From Gaiellaceae bacterium (lineage in GTDB: Bacteria; Actinomycetota; Thermoleophilia; Gaiellales; Gaiellaceae), in contig JAWVCV010000110.1 of assembly GCA_033858115.1 (NCBI GenBank), forward strand, positions 1 to 44,395: 44,395 bases of DNA, written 5' to 3'. This document shows, piece by piece, positions 17,271 through 24,887 of the stretch. A program made the translations under genes and the position numbers. Position 1 is the first letter of the stretch. Each line of letters opens with the position of its first letter. Below the pieces are notes generated by a model. That model ran no database searches. It saw only the letters and a list, made by a program, of their open reading frames with translations, and was not told the origin of the DNA.

Positions 17271-18373
17271 GTCTCGAGCCGGCGGATGACGTCGAGCGTG
17301 AACGCCGCCGCCCGGGCGCCGTCGACGACTCGATGGTCGAACGTGACGGACACGTTGCCGAGCTGACGCACGGCCAGCTCGCCGTCGACGACAGCGGGCC
17401 GCGGCGCGATCCGGTGGATGCCGAGGATGGCCACCTCGGGGTGGTTGACGAGCGGCGTCACGAGCAGCCCGCCGAGCTTGCCCGCGCTCGTGATCGTGAA
17501 CGTGCCGCCGCGGAGCTCCTCGGGCTTCAACGTCCCGCCTCGTGCGGCTTCGGCGAGCCGCGAGACCTCGGCCGCCAGCTCCTGCAACGAGGCCGTGCCG
17601 CAGCCGCGGACGACCGGGACGACGAGCCCTTGGTCGGTCTGCACGGCGACGCCGATGTCGAACCGGTCGAGATAGACGATTTCGTCGCCTTCCAGCCGCG
17701 CGTTCAGCTCCGGGTACTCCTCGAGCGCCGCTGCCGTGGCCTTGAGCGCGAGCGGCAGCAGCTGCTTGACGTCGACGCCCGTGAAGTCGCACTCCTCGAC
17801 GAACGTGACCGCAGGCACCTCGCGGTGGGCGCGCGTCAGGTGCTCGACGATCTGCCGGCGCACCCCGCGCACCGGCTCCCGCCGCTCGCCGACGGGCTTG
17901 TGTTGTTTCAACACAAGCCCTTCTCCGGCGGCGTTCCGGACGTCCTCCTCGGTGATGCGTCCGTTCGGCCCCGTGCCGCTCAGGGAGCCGAGATCCACGC
18001 CGAGCTCCTGCGCGATCCGCCGCACGATCGGTGTCGCCTGCACACGAGCTTGTGTTGATTCAACACTTGCCCTCGGCGCCGGTCGCGGTGCCGACGCGGC
18101 GGCAGTCGGGGGCTGCTCTAGGGCCGCGGTGTCGGTCTCGACGCCGATTACGACGAGGACGGTGCCGACCGGCACGACCTCGCCCTCGGCGACGAGAATC
18201 CTCGCGACGGTGCCGGCCGCCGGAGACGGAATCTCGACCGTCGTCTTGTCGGTCTGGATCTCGACGAGCGGATCGTCCTCGGCGAGCTCCTGCCCCTCGG
18301 TCACGAGCCAGCGCGCGACCTCGCCCTCGGTCAGCCCCTCGCCCAGGTCGGGCAGCTTGAACTCGTACGCCAT
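17267..18373 (-). CDS. Dihydrolipoamide acyltransferase (E2) of a 2-oxoacid (branched-chain type) dehydrogenase complex
   Basis: The lipoyl domain has EIQTDKTTVEIPSP. The subunit-binding domain is TPIVRRIAQELGVDLGSLSGTGPNGRITEEDV. The catalytic motif is DHRVVDG. Confidence 0.9.
   Translation of the reverse strand: MAYEFKLPDLGEGLTEGEVARWLVTEGQELAEDDPLVEIQTDKTTVEIPSPAAGTVARILVAEGEVVPVGTVLVVIGVETDTAALEQPPTAAASAPRPAPRASVESTQARVQATPIVRRIAQELGVDLGSLSGTGPNGRITEEDVRNAAGEGLVLKQHKPVGERREPVRGVRRQIVEHLTRAHREVPAVTFVEECDFTGVDVKQLLPLALKATAAALEEYPELNARLEGDEIVYLDRFDIGVAVQTDQGLVVPVVRGCGTASLQELAAEVSRLAEAARGGTLKPEELRGGTFTITSAGKLGGLLVTPLVNHPEVAILGIHRIAPRPAVVDGELAVRQLGNVSVTFDHRVVDGARAAAFTLDVIRRLET
17894..17920. 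repeat. 27-bp AT-rich perfect palindrome inside the E2 gene (copy 1)
   Basis: GGGCTTGTGTTG-TTT-CAACACAAGCCC has 12-bp perfect arms. It is 23/27 identical to the copy at 18046-18072. Confidence 0.85.
18046..18072. repeat. 27-bp AT-rich near-palindrome inside the E2 gene (copy 2)
   Basis: GAGCTTGTGTTGATTCAACACTTGCCC has the core palindrome GTGTTGA-T-TCAACAC. It lies 152 bp from copy 1 (not a multiple of 3), so it is read in a different frame. Confidence 0.85.
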
Positions 18374-18385
18374 CGGCGCGTGAGC

Positions 18386-18772
18386 CTACCGCGGTGTCCC
18401 GAGCCAGGCGTCGGCAGGGACGATCAGCACCCGCAGCCCGCCCTCGACGCGCCACAGCGAGACGGCCTGCTCGTCGCCGGCGAGCTCGGGAGCCACCGCA
18501 GCCGGCACATAGCCGACCTGGAGCGTCCGCTCCCCGTTCCAGATCGCCACCGCGTTCGGGTCGTGCTCGTTGGCGGGCTCCGGCACGAGCGCGAGTCGCC
18601 GCCCCGGGTCGAACGAGGGATCCGGCAGCGCCTCGGCCCGGTAGGAGACGCCGGCCGCGGGGACGACGCGGATCCGCGGATCCTCCCAACGCACGGCCGC
18701 GCCCGTCTCTGCATCGCGCAGGTAGAAGCCTGCCTCGCCGCGCTCGAGCCAGAGACGCAGCCGTTCGGCCAC
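18386..18772 (-). CDS. Stand-alone HIRAN-domain protein
   Basis: This is the tail of listed ORF 18386..19669. GTG 18772 shares one nucleotide with the upstream TAG. AAGVSYRAEAL...LALVPEPANEHDPNAVAIWNGERTLQVGYVPAAVAPELA matches the HIRAN signature (EPxNxxDxNAV...GYV). Confidence 0.72.
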   Translation of the reverse strand: MAERLRLWLERGEAGFYLRDAETGAAVRWEDPRIRVVPAAGVSYRAEALPDPSFDPGRRLALVPEPANEHDPNAVAIWNGERTLQVGYVPAAVAPELAGDEQAVSLWRVEGGLRVLIVPADAWLGTPR

Positions 18773-19626
18773 TAGAACGCGTCGTCGCGCAGGACCGCGT
18801 GCACGCCGAGCACCTCGTTGACCACCTGCGTCACCCGGAGGTCGACGACCACGGAGGCGAGCCCGAGCGCATCGGAGCGCTCGACGCCGCGCTCGCGCTC
18901 CATCAGCTCGAGCATGCCGTCGACGGCGATGCGGGCGGCGAGGCCCAGGTGCTCGTCGAAGCCGAACGTGAGCCAGGCGCCCTCGATGCGAGCGACCGGC
19001 CACTCGAGCGAGAGGTCGTCGCGCAGCTCGATCGTGAGCTGCGCCTCGACCGGGCTTTCGATCGCCGTGCCGGAGACCTCGCCGTCCCCCTGCGCCGCAT
19101 GGCCGTCCCCCGCCGAGAGGAGCGCGCCGTCGACCGGGATCGGGAGGAAGAGCGTCGTGCCGGCGACGAGCTCCTTGCAGTCGATGTTGCCGCCCCACCG
19201 CCGCGGCGGGATCGTCGAGTGCACGCCCGGTTCGGGCGGCGGCATCCCGATCACGCCGAGAAACGGCGCCAGCCGAACCCGCCGGTCCCCGTAGCGACCG
19301 AAGCCCTCCGCGAGCTCCCAGTCGATCCGGTGCGGCGGCTCCGAGCGCGTCATGCCCCACGAGCCGGGCACGACCTCGTCGACCGTGACCGCGAGCGTCT
19401 GCCCCGCCCGAGCCCCGCGCACCGCGATCGGGCCTGCGAGCGGGTGGCCGGTGTCGAGCAGGGGATCGCGCGACTCCACCGGCTCGTCGCGATCGCGCTC
19501 CCAGCCCGCGTTCGGCACCGAGATTCTCACCGAATCCCCCGGATCGACGACCAGGACCGGATCGAGGTCGCGGGAGAAGTAGCCGCGCAGGTAGGCGGGG
19601 TCGAGCGGCAGCTCGTGGAGCGCCAC
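18772..19626 (-). CDS. Acetamidase/formamidase-family amidohydrolase
   Basis: This is the tail of listed ORF 18772..20328. GTG 19626 shares one nucleotide with the upstream TAG. GHPLAGPIAVRGARAGQTLAVTVDEV, GGNIDCKEL and GDGHAAQGDGEVSGTAIE are typical of FmdA/AmdA. Confidence 0.78.
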   Translation of the reverse strand: MALHELPLDPAYLRGYFSRDLDPVLVVDPGDSVRISVPNAGWERDRDEPVESRDPLLDTGHPLAGPIAVRGARAGQTLAVTVDEVVPGSWGMTRSEPPHRIDWELAEGFGRYGDRRVRLAPFLGVIGMPPPEPGVHSTIPPRRWGGNIDCKELVAGTTLFLPIPVDGALLSAGDGHAAQGDGEVSGTAIESPVEAQLTIELRDDLSLEWPVARIEGAWLTFGFDEHLGLAARIAVDGMLELMERERGVERSDALGLASVVVDLRVTQVVNEVLGVHAVLRDDAF

Positions 19627-20594
19627 TAGAAGGCGAGCACCCGCCGTGCGGCATCGACGACCCGGGCAACCGACGGCATGTACGCGTCCTCGATCTGCCA
19701 GTAGGGATACGGGACGTCGTAGCCAGTCACGCGTACGACCGGTGCCTGCAGGTCGAGCAGTGCCTTCTCGGCGAGGATCGCGGCAAGCTCGGCCGCGAAG
19801 CCACACGTCCGCGGTGCTTCCTGCACGAGCACGACGCGGCCGGTCTTGCCCGCAGAAGCGAGCAAGGCGTCCTCGTCGAGCGGCTTCAGCGAGCGGAGGT
19901 CGAGCACCTCGACGGACGCGTCGATCTCGTCGGCCGCGCGCTCGCACAACGGCACCATCGCCCCGTAGGCGACGAGCGTCAGATCGGTTCCCTCGCGAGC
20001 GAGGCGAGCCTTGCCGAGCGGGACGACGTGCTCCCCCTCCGGCACCTCGCCGCGCTCGGTGCGGTAGACGAGCTTCGGCTCGAAGATCACGACCGGGTCG
20101 GGATCGCGGATCGCCGCTGCCAGCAGGCCCTTCGCGTCCGCGGGCGTGGACGGGATCGCGACCTTGATCCCGGGCGTGTGGACGTAGTACGTCTCGGGCG
20201 AGTCGTCGTGCAGCTCGGGCGCGCGCACGCCGCCGCCGTAGGGCATCCGGATCGTGATCGGGAAGGCCATCTTGCCGCCGGTGCGCCAGCGGTAGCGGCC
20301 GACGTGCGTGATCAGCTGGTCGAGGCACGGGTAGGAGAACGCGTCGTACTGCATCTCGCAGACCGGCCGGAACCCGGCCATGCAGAGGCCCACGGCCGAG
20401 CCGAGGATGCCCGCCTCGGCGAGCGGCATGTCGACGCAGCGGTCGGGGCCGAAGCGGTCCCTCAGCCCCGCGGTCGCGCGGAAGACGCCGCCGGCGCGGC
20501 CGACGTCCTCGCCCATGACGAGCACGTCGGCGTCGCGCTCCATCTCGACGTGCAGCGCGTCGTTCACGGCCTCGACGAGGAACCGCTCAGCCAG
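19626..20594 (-). CDS. 2-oxoacid dehydrogenase E1 component beta subunit
   Basis: This is the tail of listed ORF 19626..21116. (L)AERFLVEAVNDALHVEMERDADVLVMGEDVG is the family N-terminus. CTG 20594 is preceded by GGAGGA with a 6-nt spacer and overlaps the E1-alpha stop (CTGGCTGA). The next canonical start is a GTG 8 codons downstream. Confidence 0.88.
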   Translation of the reverse strand: MAERFLVEAVNDALHVEMERDADVLVMGEDVGRAGGVFRATAGLRDRFGPDRCVDMPLAEAGILGSAVGLCMAGFRPVCEMQYDAFSYPCLDQLITHVGRYRWRTGGKMAFPITIRMPYGGGVRAPELHDDSPETYYVHTPGIKVAIPSTPADAKGLLAAAIRDPDPVVIFEPKLVYRTERGEVPEGEHVVPLGKARLAREGTDLTLVAYGAMVPLCERAADEIDASVEVLDLRSLKPLDEDALLASAGKTGRVVLVQEAPRTCGFAAELAAILAEKALLDLQAPVVRVTGYDVPYPYWQIEDAYMPSVARVVDAARRVLAF

Positions 20595-21654
20595 CGAGGA
20601 TCCTCCGCAGCTCCGCGAGGTCGTGCTCGAACGAGGCAGGCGGGTCGGCGAACGCGTGCTCGAACAGCAGCCCGACGTCGGCAGGGGGCTCGGCCTCTGC
20701 GGCCGCGATCGCCGTGCGCATCGCGTCCGCGGCCTCGCGCTTGATCCGCTCGGCCTGGTCGTCGTCGAGCAGGCCGAGCCGCCGCAGGTAGCGCTCGTAG
20801 CGCCCGACGCACTCGTTCGCGCGCTCCTCTTCGACCCGGTCGTGATCGATGTACGCGCTCGGATCGTCGGCGGTCGCGTGCGGCGCGGGCCGGTAGGTGA
20901 CCGCCTCGATGAAGCTCGGGCCCTCCCCGGCGCGCGCCCGGGCGACCGCCTCGCGTGTCGCCTCGTAGACCGCGAGCACGTCGCCGCCGTCGACGCGCAC
21001 TCCCGGAATCCCGTAGCCGGCCGCCTTGTCGACGAGCGCCGCGGCGCGCGTCTGAGCCGCGAGCGGCGTCGAGATCGCCCACTGGTTGTTGTTGCAGAGC
21101 AGGACGAGCGGGGCACGCATGACCGCGGCGATGTTGGCGCCCTCGTGGAACGCCCCCTCCGACGTCGCGCCGTCGCCGAAGAAGGTCAGCGCGCACCCGG
21201 GCTCCCCGCGCAGGCGCTTCCCCCATGCGAGCCCGGCCGCGTGCGGGACCTGCGTCGCAATCGGGACGGAGATCGAGGCGACGTTGTAGTCGGCCGGGTT
21301 CCACCAGCCGGCCGGATGGCCGCGCCACCACGAGAGCACCGTCGAGGCCGGCATGCCGCGGAGGAGGCCGATTGCCGACTCGCGATAGCTCGGGAAGATC
21401 CAGTCCTCGTCGTCGAGCGCATGGAAGGCGCCGACCTGCATCGCCTCGTGGCCCCAGAAGATCGCATAGGTGCCGATGCGCCCCTGCCGGTGGTAGATGA
21501 CGGAGCGCTCGTCGTAGGTACGCAGCAGCACCATCGAGCGGTAGAAGGCGAGCAGCTCCTGCTCGCCGACGCCTACGAGCTCGCCGTCGGGAACGGTCTC
21601 GCCGTCGCCGATCACGCGGCGGAGATCGCGCTCGGCGGGAATGGTGCTCGCCAT
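20587..21654 (-). CDS. 2-oxoacid dehydrogenase E1 component alpha subunit (TPP dependent)
   Basis: 355-aa ORF with FPSYRE, the TPP motif FFGDGATSEGAFHEGANIAAV and LLCNNNQWAIS. Confidence 0.9.
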   Translation of the reverse strand: MASTIPAERDLRRVIGDGETVPDGELVGVGEQELLAFYRSMVLLRTYDERSVIYHRQGRIGTYAIFWGHEAMQVGAFHALDDEDWIFPSYRESAIGLLRGMPASTVLSWWRGHPAGWWNPADYNVASISVPIATQVPHAAGLAWGKRLRGEPGCALTFFGDGATSEGAFHEGANIAAVMRAPLVLLCNNNQWAISTPLAAQTRAAALVDKAAGYGIPGVRVDGGDVLAVYEATREAVARARAGEGPSFIEAVTYRPAPHATADDPSAYIDHDRVEEERANECVGRYERYLRRLGLLDDDQAERIKREAADAMRTAIAAAEAEPPADVGLLFEHAFADPPASFEHDLAELRRILAG

Positions 21655-21667
21655 CGCGGCGCGGACT

Positions 21668-22582
21668 CTATCGGAGGCCCAGCTGGTCGACGAGCCAGGC
21701 GATTCGCTCTCTGCCGGCGGTCTCGCCGAGGTCGTGGTCGGCGTCGTACCAGCGGATCTCCTTGGGCTCGCTCGCCTCCCGCTCGAGCAGCTCCATCTCG
21801 CTGCGCGGGATGATCGAGTCGTACTCGGCGCCCTGGAGGAGGAGCCTCGTCGGCGCCAGGTTGTCGACGAAGTCGACGGTGTCGATGGCGCCGAACAGCT
21901 TCCGCTCCTGCGGATCGTTCGGCAGGCCGGACGGGAAGGCGCGGCCCGCCATCAGCACGAGCGCCCGGATGCGCGGGTCGAGCGCCGCGGCAAGCGCAGC
22001 CGGTTGGGCGCCCATGCTGTAGCCGACGACCGCCAGCCGCTCGGGATCGACGCCGTACTGGTCGACGAGGATGTCCAGTGCCCGGAGGATGTCCTGGACG
22101 TCCTGCACCATCGTCGCGTAGGTCGGCTCGAGGTCGGCGGTGCCCTTGCGAATCTTCGGGTCCGTGGAGCGCGTGAACGGAGAGTCGATCGTCAGCGCGA
22201 CGGCGCCTCGCTGGGCGAGCAGCCGTGCGTCGCGGAGGAAGTCGGCCGCCTTGCCGCCGCCACCGTGCATGAGCACGATCCCGGCGGAACCGTCGTCGGG
22301 CTGCGAGGGGCGAACGACGTAGCCGGTGACGTTGTCGGGGCCCTGGGACGGGTAGACGATCTCGGCGACCGCCACGCCGTTGCGGGCCTTCGCCTCGCCC
22401 TCACGCAGCGTCGCCCCGAGGCGCGGAAAGTCGAAGCGCTCCGCGAGCTCGGGCTCGACCGGCCTGTCCTTGGCCGGGGCGTCACCGCCGCAACCGGCCA
22501 GCAGGAACGCGGGCAGCAGCGACAGCAGCAGGCAGGCTCGCATCGCCGAGTTAGACGCCTCGGCCGCGCCGTGGTCAGTCAC
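21668..22582 (-). CDS. Alpha/beta-hydrolase lipoprotein (dienelactone hydrolase / S9-like)
   Basis: It has the lipobox LLAGC, the nucleophile elbow GYSMG and an HGGGG oxyanion-like region. The GTG start forms a GTGA overlap with the upstream stop. An alternative ATG is at 22543. Confidence 0.72.
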   Translation of the reverse strand: MTDHGAAEASNSAMRACLLLSLLPAFLLAGCGGDAPAKDRPVEPELAERFDFPRLGATLREGEAKARNGVAVAEIVYPSQGPDNVTGYVVRPSQPDDGSAGIVLMHGGGGKAADFLRDARLLAQRGAVALTIDSPFTRSTDPKIRKGTADLEPTYATMVQDVQDILRALDILVDQYGVDPERLAVVGYSMGAQPAALAAALDPRIRALVLMAGRAFPSGLPNDPQERKLFGAIDTVDFVDNLAPTRLLLQGAEYDSIIPRSEMELLEREASEPKEIRWYDADHDLGETAGRERIAWLVDQLGLR

Positions 22583-23436
22583 ACGAGCACGTGCACCGCG
22601 TCGCGCTCGGCTTCGAAGACCACCTCCGTGACGTCGCCGGCGTCCTCGCCGTCCAGCTGGAGCGGCAGCGGCGCGTCGCAGCGGACCTCGATGCGATCGG
22701 CGTCGTGCAGCAGGAGCAGCGGCAGCCGGGTTCGCCCGGTGACGAGATACCGAATCACTCCGGGGAGCTGCCGCGCCCTGAGCGAGCGCGGCGCGAGCAG
22801 GTCGAGCCCGCCCTCGATCCGGGCGCCGCGCGGCAGGCGCAACGGCAGGCGCCCGACGTAGCTGTAGGGGTCGGCGTTCGCGACGAGTGCGAAGGCCGCC
22901 CGGCCGTGCCCGCCGACCTCGAGCGCAGGGTCGAAGCGCACCCGGTGCTCCGTCAGGGCGCGGAGCGCCGTCAACGCGAAGACGAGATCGCCGGGGCGCT
23001 TGCCGCTCTCGTCGCGGCCGCGCGCGTCGATCCGGCGCACGAGCTCCGCGTCGAGGCCGATCCCGGCCGCGAATCCGAAGCGTCGGCCGTTCGCGCGGCC
23101 GAGCGAGATGCTGCGCGTCCGGCCGGCCGCGATCACGCGCGCCGCCTCGACGGGGTCGCGCGGCAACCCGAGCGCACGCGGCAGCACGCTCGTGCCGCCC
23201 CCGGGGACGAAACCGAGAATCGTGTCCGGCCCGACGCCGTTCAGCACCTCGTTGAAGCCTCCGTCGCCCGAATAGACGACAACCGCCTCCGTGCCAGCGT
23301 CGCGCGCGAGCTCGACGGCATGACCTGCGCGCTCCGTGAAGACCGTCTCCTCGGCGCCGAGCGCCGCCGCCACCTGCTCCGTGAGCGCGGGCGTGACCCG
23401 GCTCGCGTACGGGTTCACGATCAGGGTCGTGCGCAC
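22579..23436 (-). CDS. Diacylglycerol-kinase-family lipid kinase (YegS/BmrU-like)
   Basis: 285-aa ORF with the pattern LIVNPYASR...VVVYSGDGGFNEVLNG...LGFVPGGGTSVLPRALG. Confidence 0.85.
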   Translation of the reverse strand: MRTTLIVNPYASRVTPALTEQVAAALGAEETVFTERAGHAVELARDAGTEAVVVYSGDGGFNEVLNGVGPDTILGFVPGGGTSVLPRALGLPRDPVEAARVIAAGRTRSISLGRANGRRFGFAAGIGLDAELVRRIDARGRDESGKRPGDLVFALTALRALTEHRVRFDPALEVGGHGRAAFALVANADPYSYVGRLPLRLPRGARIEGGLDLLAPRSLRARQLPGVIRYLVTGRTRLPLLLLHDADRIEVRCDAPLPLQLDGEDAGDVTEVVFEAERDAVHVLV

Positions 23437-23462
23437 CGGCAGATCCTAGGAGGCGCGGCGCG

Positions 23463-23705
23463 TCAGCGGTTGCGAGCCGCGTACCAGAGCTCGAAGCGTC
23501 CCCGCGGCGAGGCGAGGTACGACGCGATCTGGGGCTCCAGGGCCTCGATCTCGTCGCGGAGCTGGAAGAGCTGGTAGTCGGCCCACCGCGCTTCGTCGCA
23601 CTCGTGACTCACACGAGCGTCGAGATCGAGCGATTCGCCGCACTCGGGACACGGCATGAAGCGGGGCTGTGGGAGCGATGGGAACATCGACGCGAGAACG
23701 TTCAC
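23463..23705 (-). CDS. Small hypothetical protein with a CPxC...HxC zinc-ribbon-like motif
   Basis: 80-aa ORF containing MPCPECGESLDLDARVSHEC. The start could be the internal ATG (MFPSLPQ). Confidence 0.4.
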   Translation of the reverse strand: MNVLASMFPSLPQPRFMPCPECGESLDLDARVSHECDEARWADYQLFQLRDEIEALEPQIASYLASPRGRFELWYAARNR

Positions 23706-23771
23706 GTCCCATCGGCAGATACGGCCTCGAGCACGAGGGGCCGCGAGCGCGGCGGCCCCTCGTCTCGTCGG

Positions 23772-24200
23772 TCAGGCCGTGGCCAGAGCGGGGACGGTGC
23801 CGAGCTGCTGGAGCATTCCCAGCGTGTCCCAGTTCGTCCGCGTCTCGACGATGCGGCCGTTCTCCAACCGGTCGATCGTCATGCCCGTCACGGTCGCCTG
23901 CTTCCCCGTCGCGGGCATGCCCATCAGGTCGCCGCCGTGCGTCCCGCGCGCGCTCCAGCGGGTGACGACGCGGTCGCCCTCGGCGACCTGCTCGTCGATC
24001 GTGATCTGCAAATCGGGGAAGCCCGTCCGATAGCCGGCGACGGCCGCCTTCACCGCGTCGATCCCGACCATTGGCCCGGGCATTGCCGAGTCGTGATTGA
24101 CGATCTCCGGCGCGGCGAGCTCGTCGATGACGCTCAGGTTCCCGTCGTTGAACGCTTCCAGGAAGAAGCGGCGGGCGAGCGCCTTGTTTTCAGCAGACAT
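23772..24200 (-). CDS. SnoaL-like ester cyclase / NTF2-fold protein
   Basis: 142-aa ORF with NKALARRFFLEAFNDGNLSVIDELAAPEIVNH...GMPATGKQATVTGMTIDRLENGRIVE, typical of predicted ester cyclases. AAGGGAG lies 6 nt upstream of the ATG. Confidence 0.8.
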   Translation of the reverse strand: MSAENKALARRFFLEAFNDGNLSVIDELAAPEIVNHDSAMPGPMVGIDAVKAAVAGYRTGFPDLQITIDEQVAEGDRVVTRWSARGTHGGDLMGMPATGKQATVTGMTIDRLENGRIVETRTNWDTLGMLQQLGTVPALATA

Positions 24201-24274
24201 GCGTGCTCCCTTCGTTGATGTCCGCCGTGCTCGAGCCCGACCCTACGCCTGCCGGCTCCGCGAAAGCAAGGCCG

Positions 24275-24856
24275 TCAACGACCGCCGTAGCCGCGGATGC
24301 CTTCGACGAGAATCCCGGCGAACGCGTCGGCCACGTCGTCCGTGTCGCGGCCCGGCGTCAGCCAGGTGTACGCCCAGTTCGCGGCCGAGAGGACGAGCAG
24401 CGCGGCGGCCGCGTCGTCGAGGTCGGTGCGGAGCTCTCCGTGCTCCCGTCCCTCACGGAAGAGCGCGCGCAACCGCTCCTCGTAGCGGCGGCGCTCGGAG
24501 ACGATCTCCTCGCGGCGGGGGCCTTCGAGGTAGCGCCACTCGCGGATGAAGACGGTGGCCGTGTCGAGCTGCTCGGCGACCAGCCTCAGATGCGCCCGTA
24601 GCGCCAGCCGGATCCGCTCCGAGGCGCCGAGGTGCTCCGGGATCGCGTCGAGACCGGCGTGGAAGGCGGTGGCGCCGTCGCGCATGGTCTCGTAGAGCAG
24701 CTCCTGCTTCGACTCGGTCAGCGAGTAGAGCGAGCCCTTCTGGACACCCATCGCCGCCGCGAGGTCGCCCATCGACGTGCCGTGGTAGCCCTTCTGCGCG
24801 AAGAGACGGGCGGCCTGTCGGGTGAGCTCTTTCCGGCGAGTGGGGATAGACTCCAT
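24275..24856 (-). CDS. TetR-family transcriptional regulator, probable PaaR-type repressor of the divergent paa genes
   Basis: It has the TetR HTH region LFAQKGYHGTSMGDLAAAMGVQKGSLY and is divergent from paaA, only 31 bp away. Confidence 0.85.
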   Translation of the reverse strand: MESIPTRRKELTRQAARLFAQKGYHGTSMGDLAAAMGVQKGSLYSLTESKQELLYETMRDGATAFHAGLDAIPEHLGASERIRLALRAHLRLVAEQLDTATVFIREWRYLEGPRREEIVSERRRYEERLRALFREGREHGELRTDLDDAAAALLVLSAANWAYTWLTPGRDTDDVADAFAGILVEGIRGYGGR

Positions 24857-24857
24857 G

Positions 24858-24871
24858 CTAACGAACGTTCG
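24858..24871. promoter_or_regulatory. Candidate PaaR operator in the tetR/paaA divergent region
   Basis: CTAACGAACGTTCG contains the perfect 10-bp palindrome CGAACGTTCG. It fits the AACG-NN-CGTT arrangement I recall for Thermus PaaR operators (CNAACGNNCGTTNG). Confidence 0.5.
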
Positions 24872-24887
24872 GCAGGGAGGCGGAACC

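Noticed and set aside
17894-17920. Possible Rex (redox repressor) operator, because of TTGTG...CACAA arms
   Set aside because: The Rex box is even-centred: TTGTGAA-N4-TTCACAA, with 8 nt between TTGTG and CACAA. Here the palindrome is odd-centred with 9 nt between the arms, and it lies inside a coding region. I kept it as an unexplained repeat rather than a Rex site.
23696-23703. GAACGTTC palindrome near the start of the small Zn-ribbon-like ORF as a second SOS box
   Set aside because: It lacks the N4 spacer of the GAAC-N4-GTTC LexA site. An 8-bp palindrome alone is expected by chance in 44 kb.
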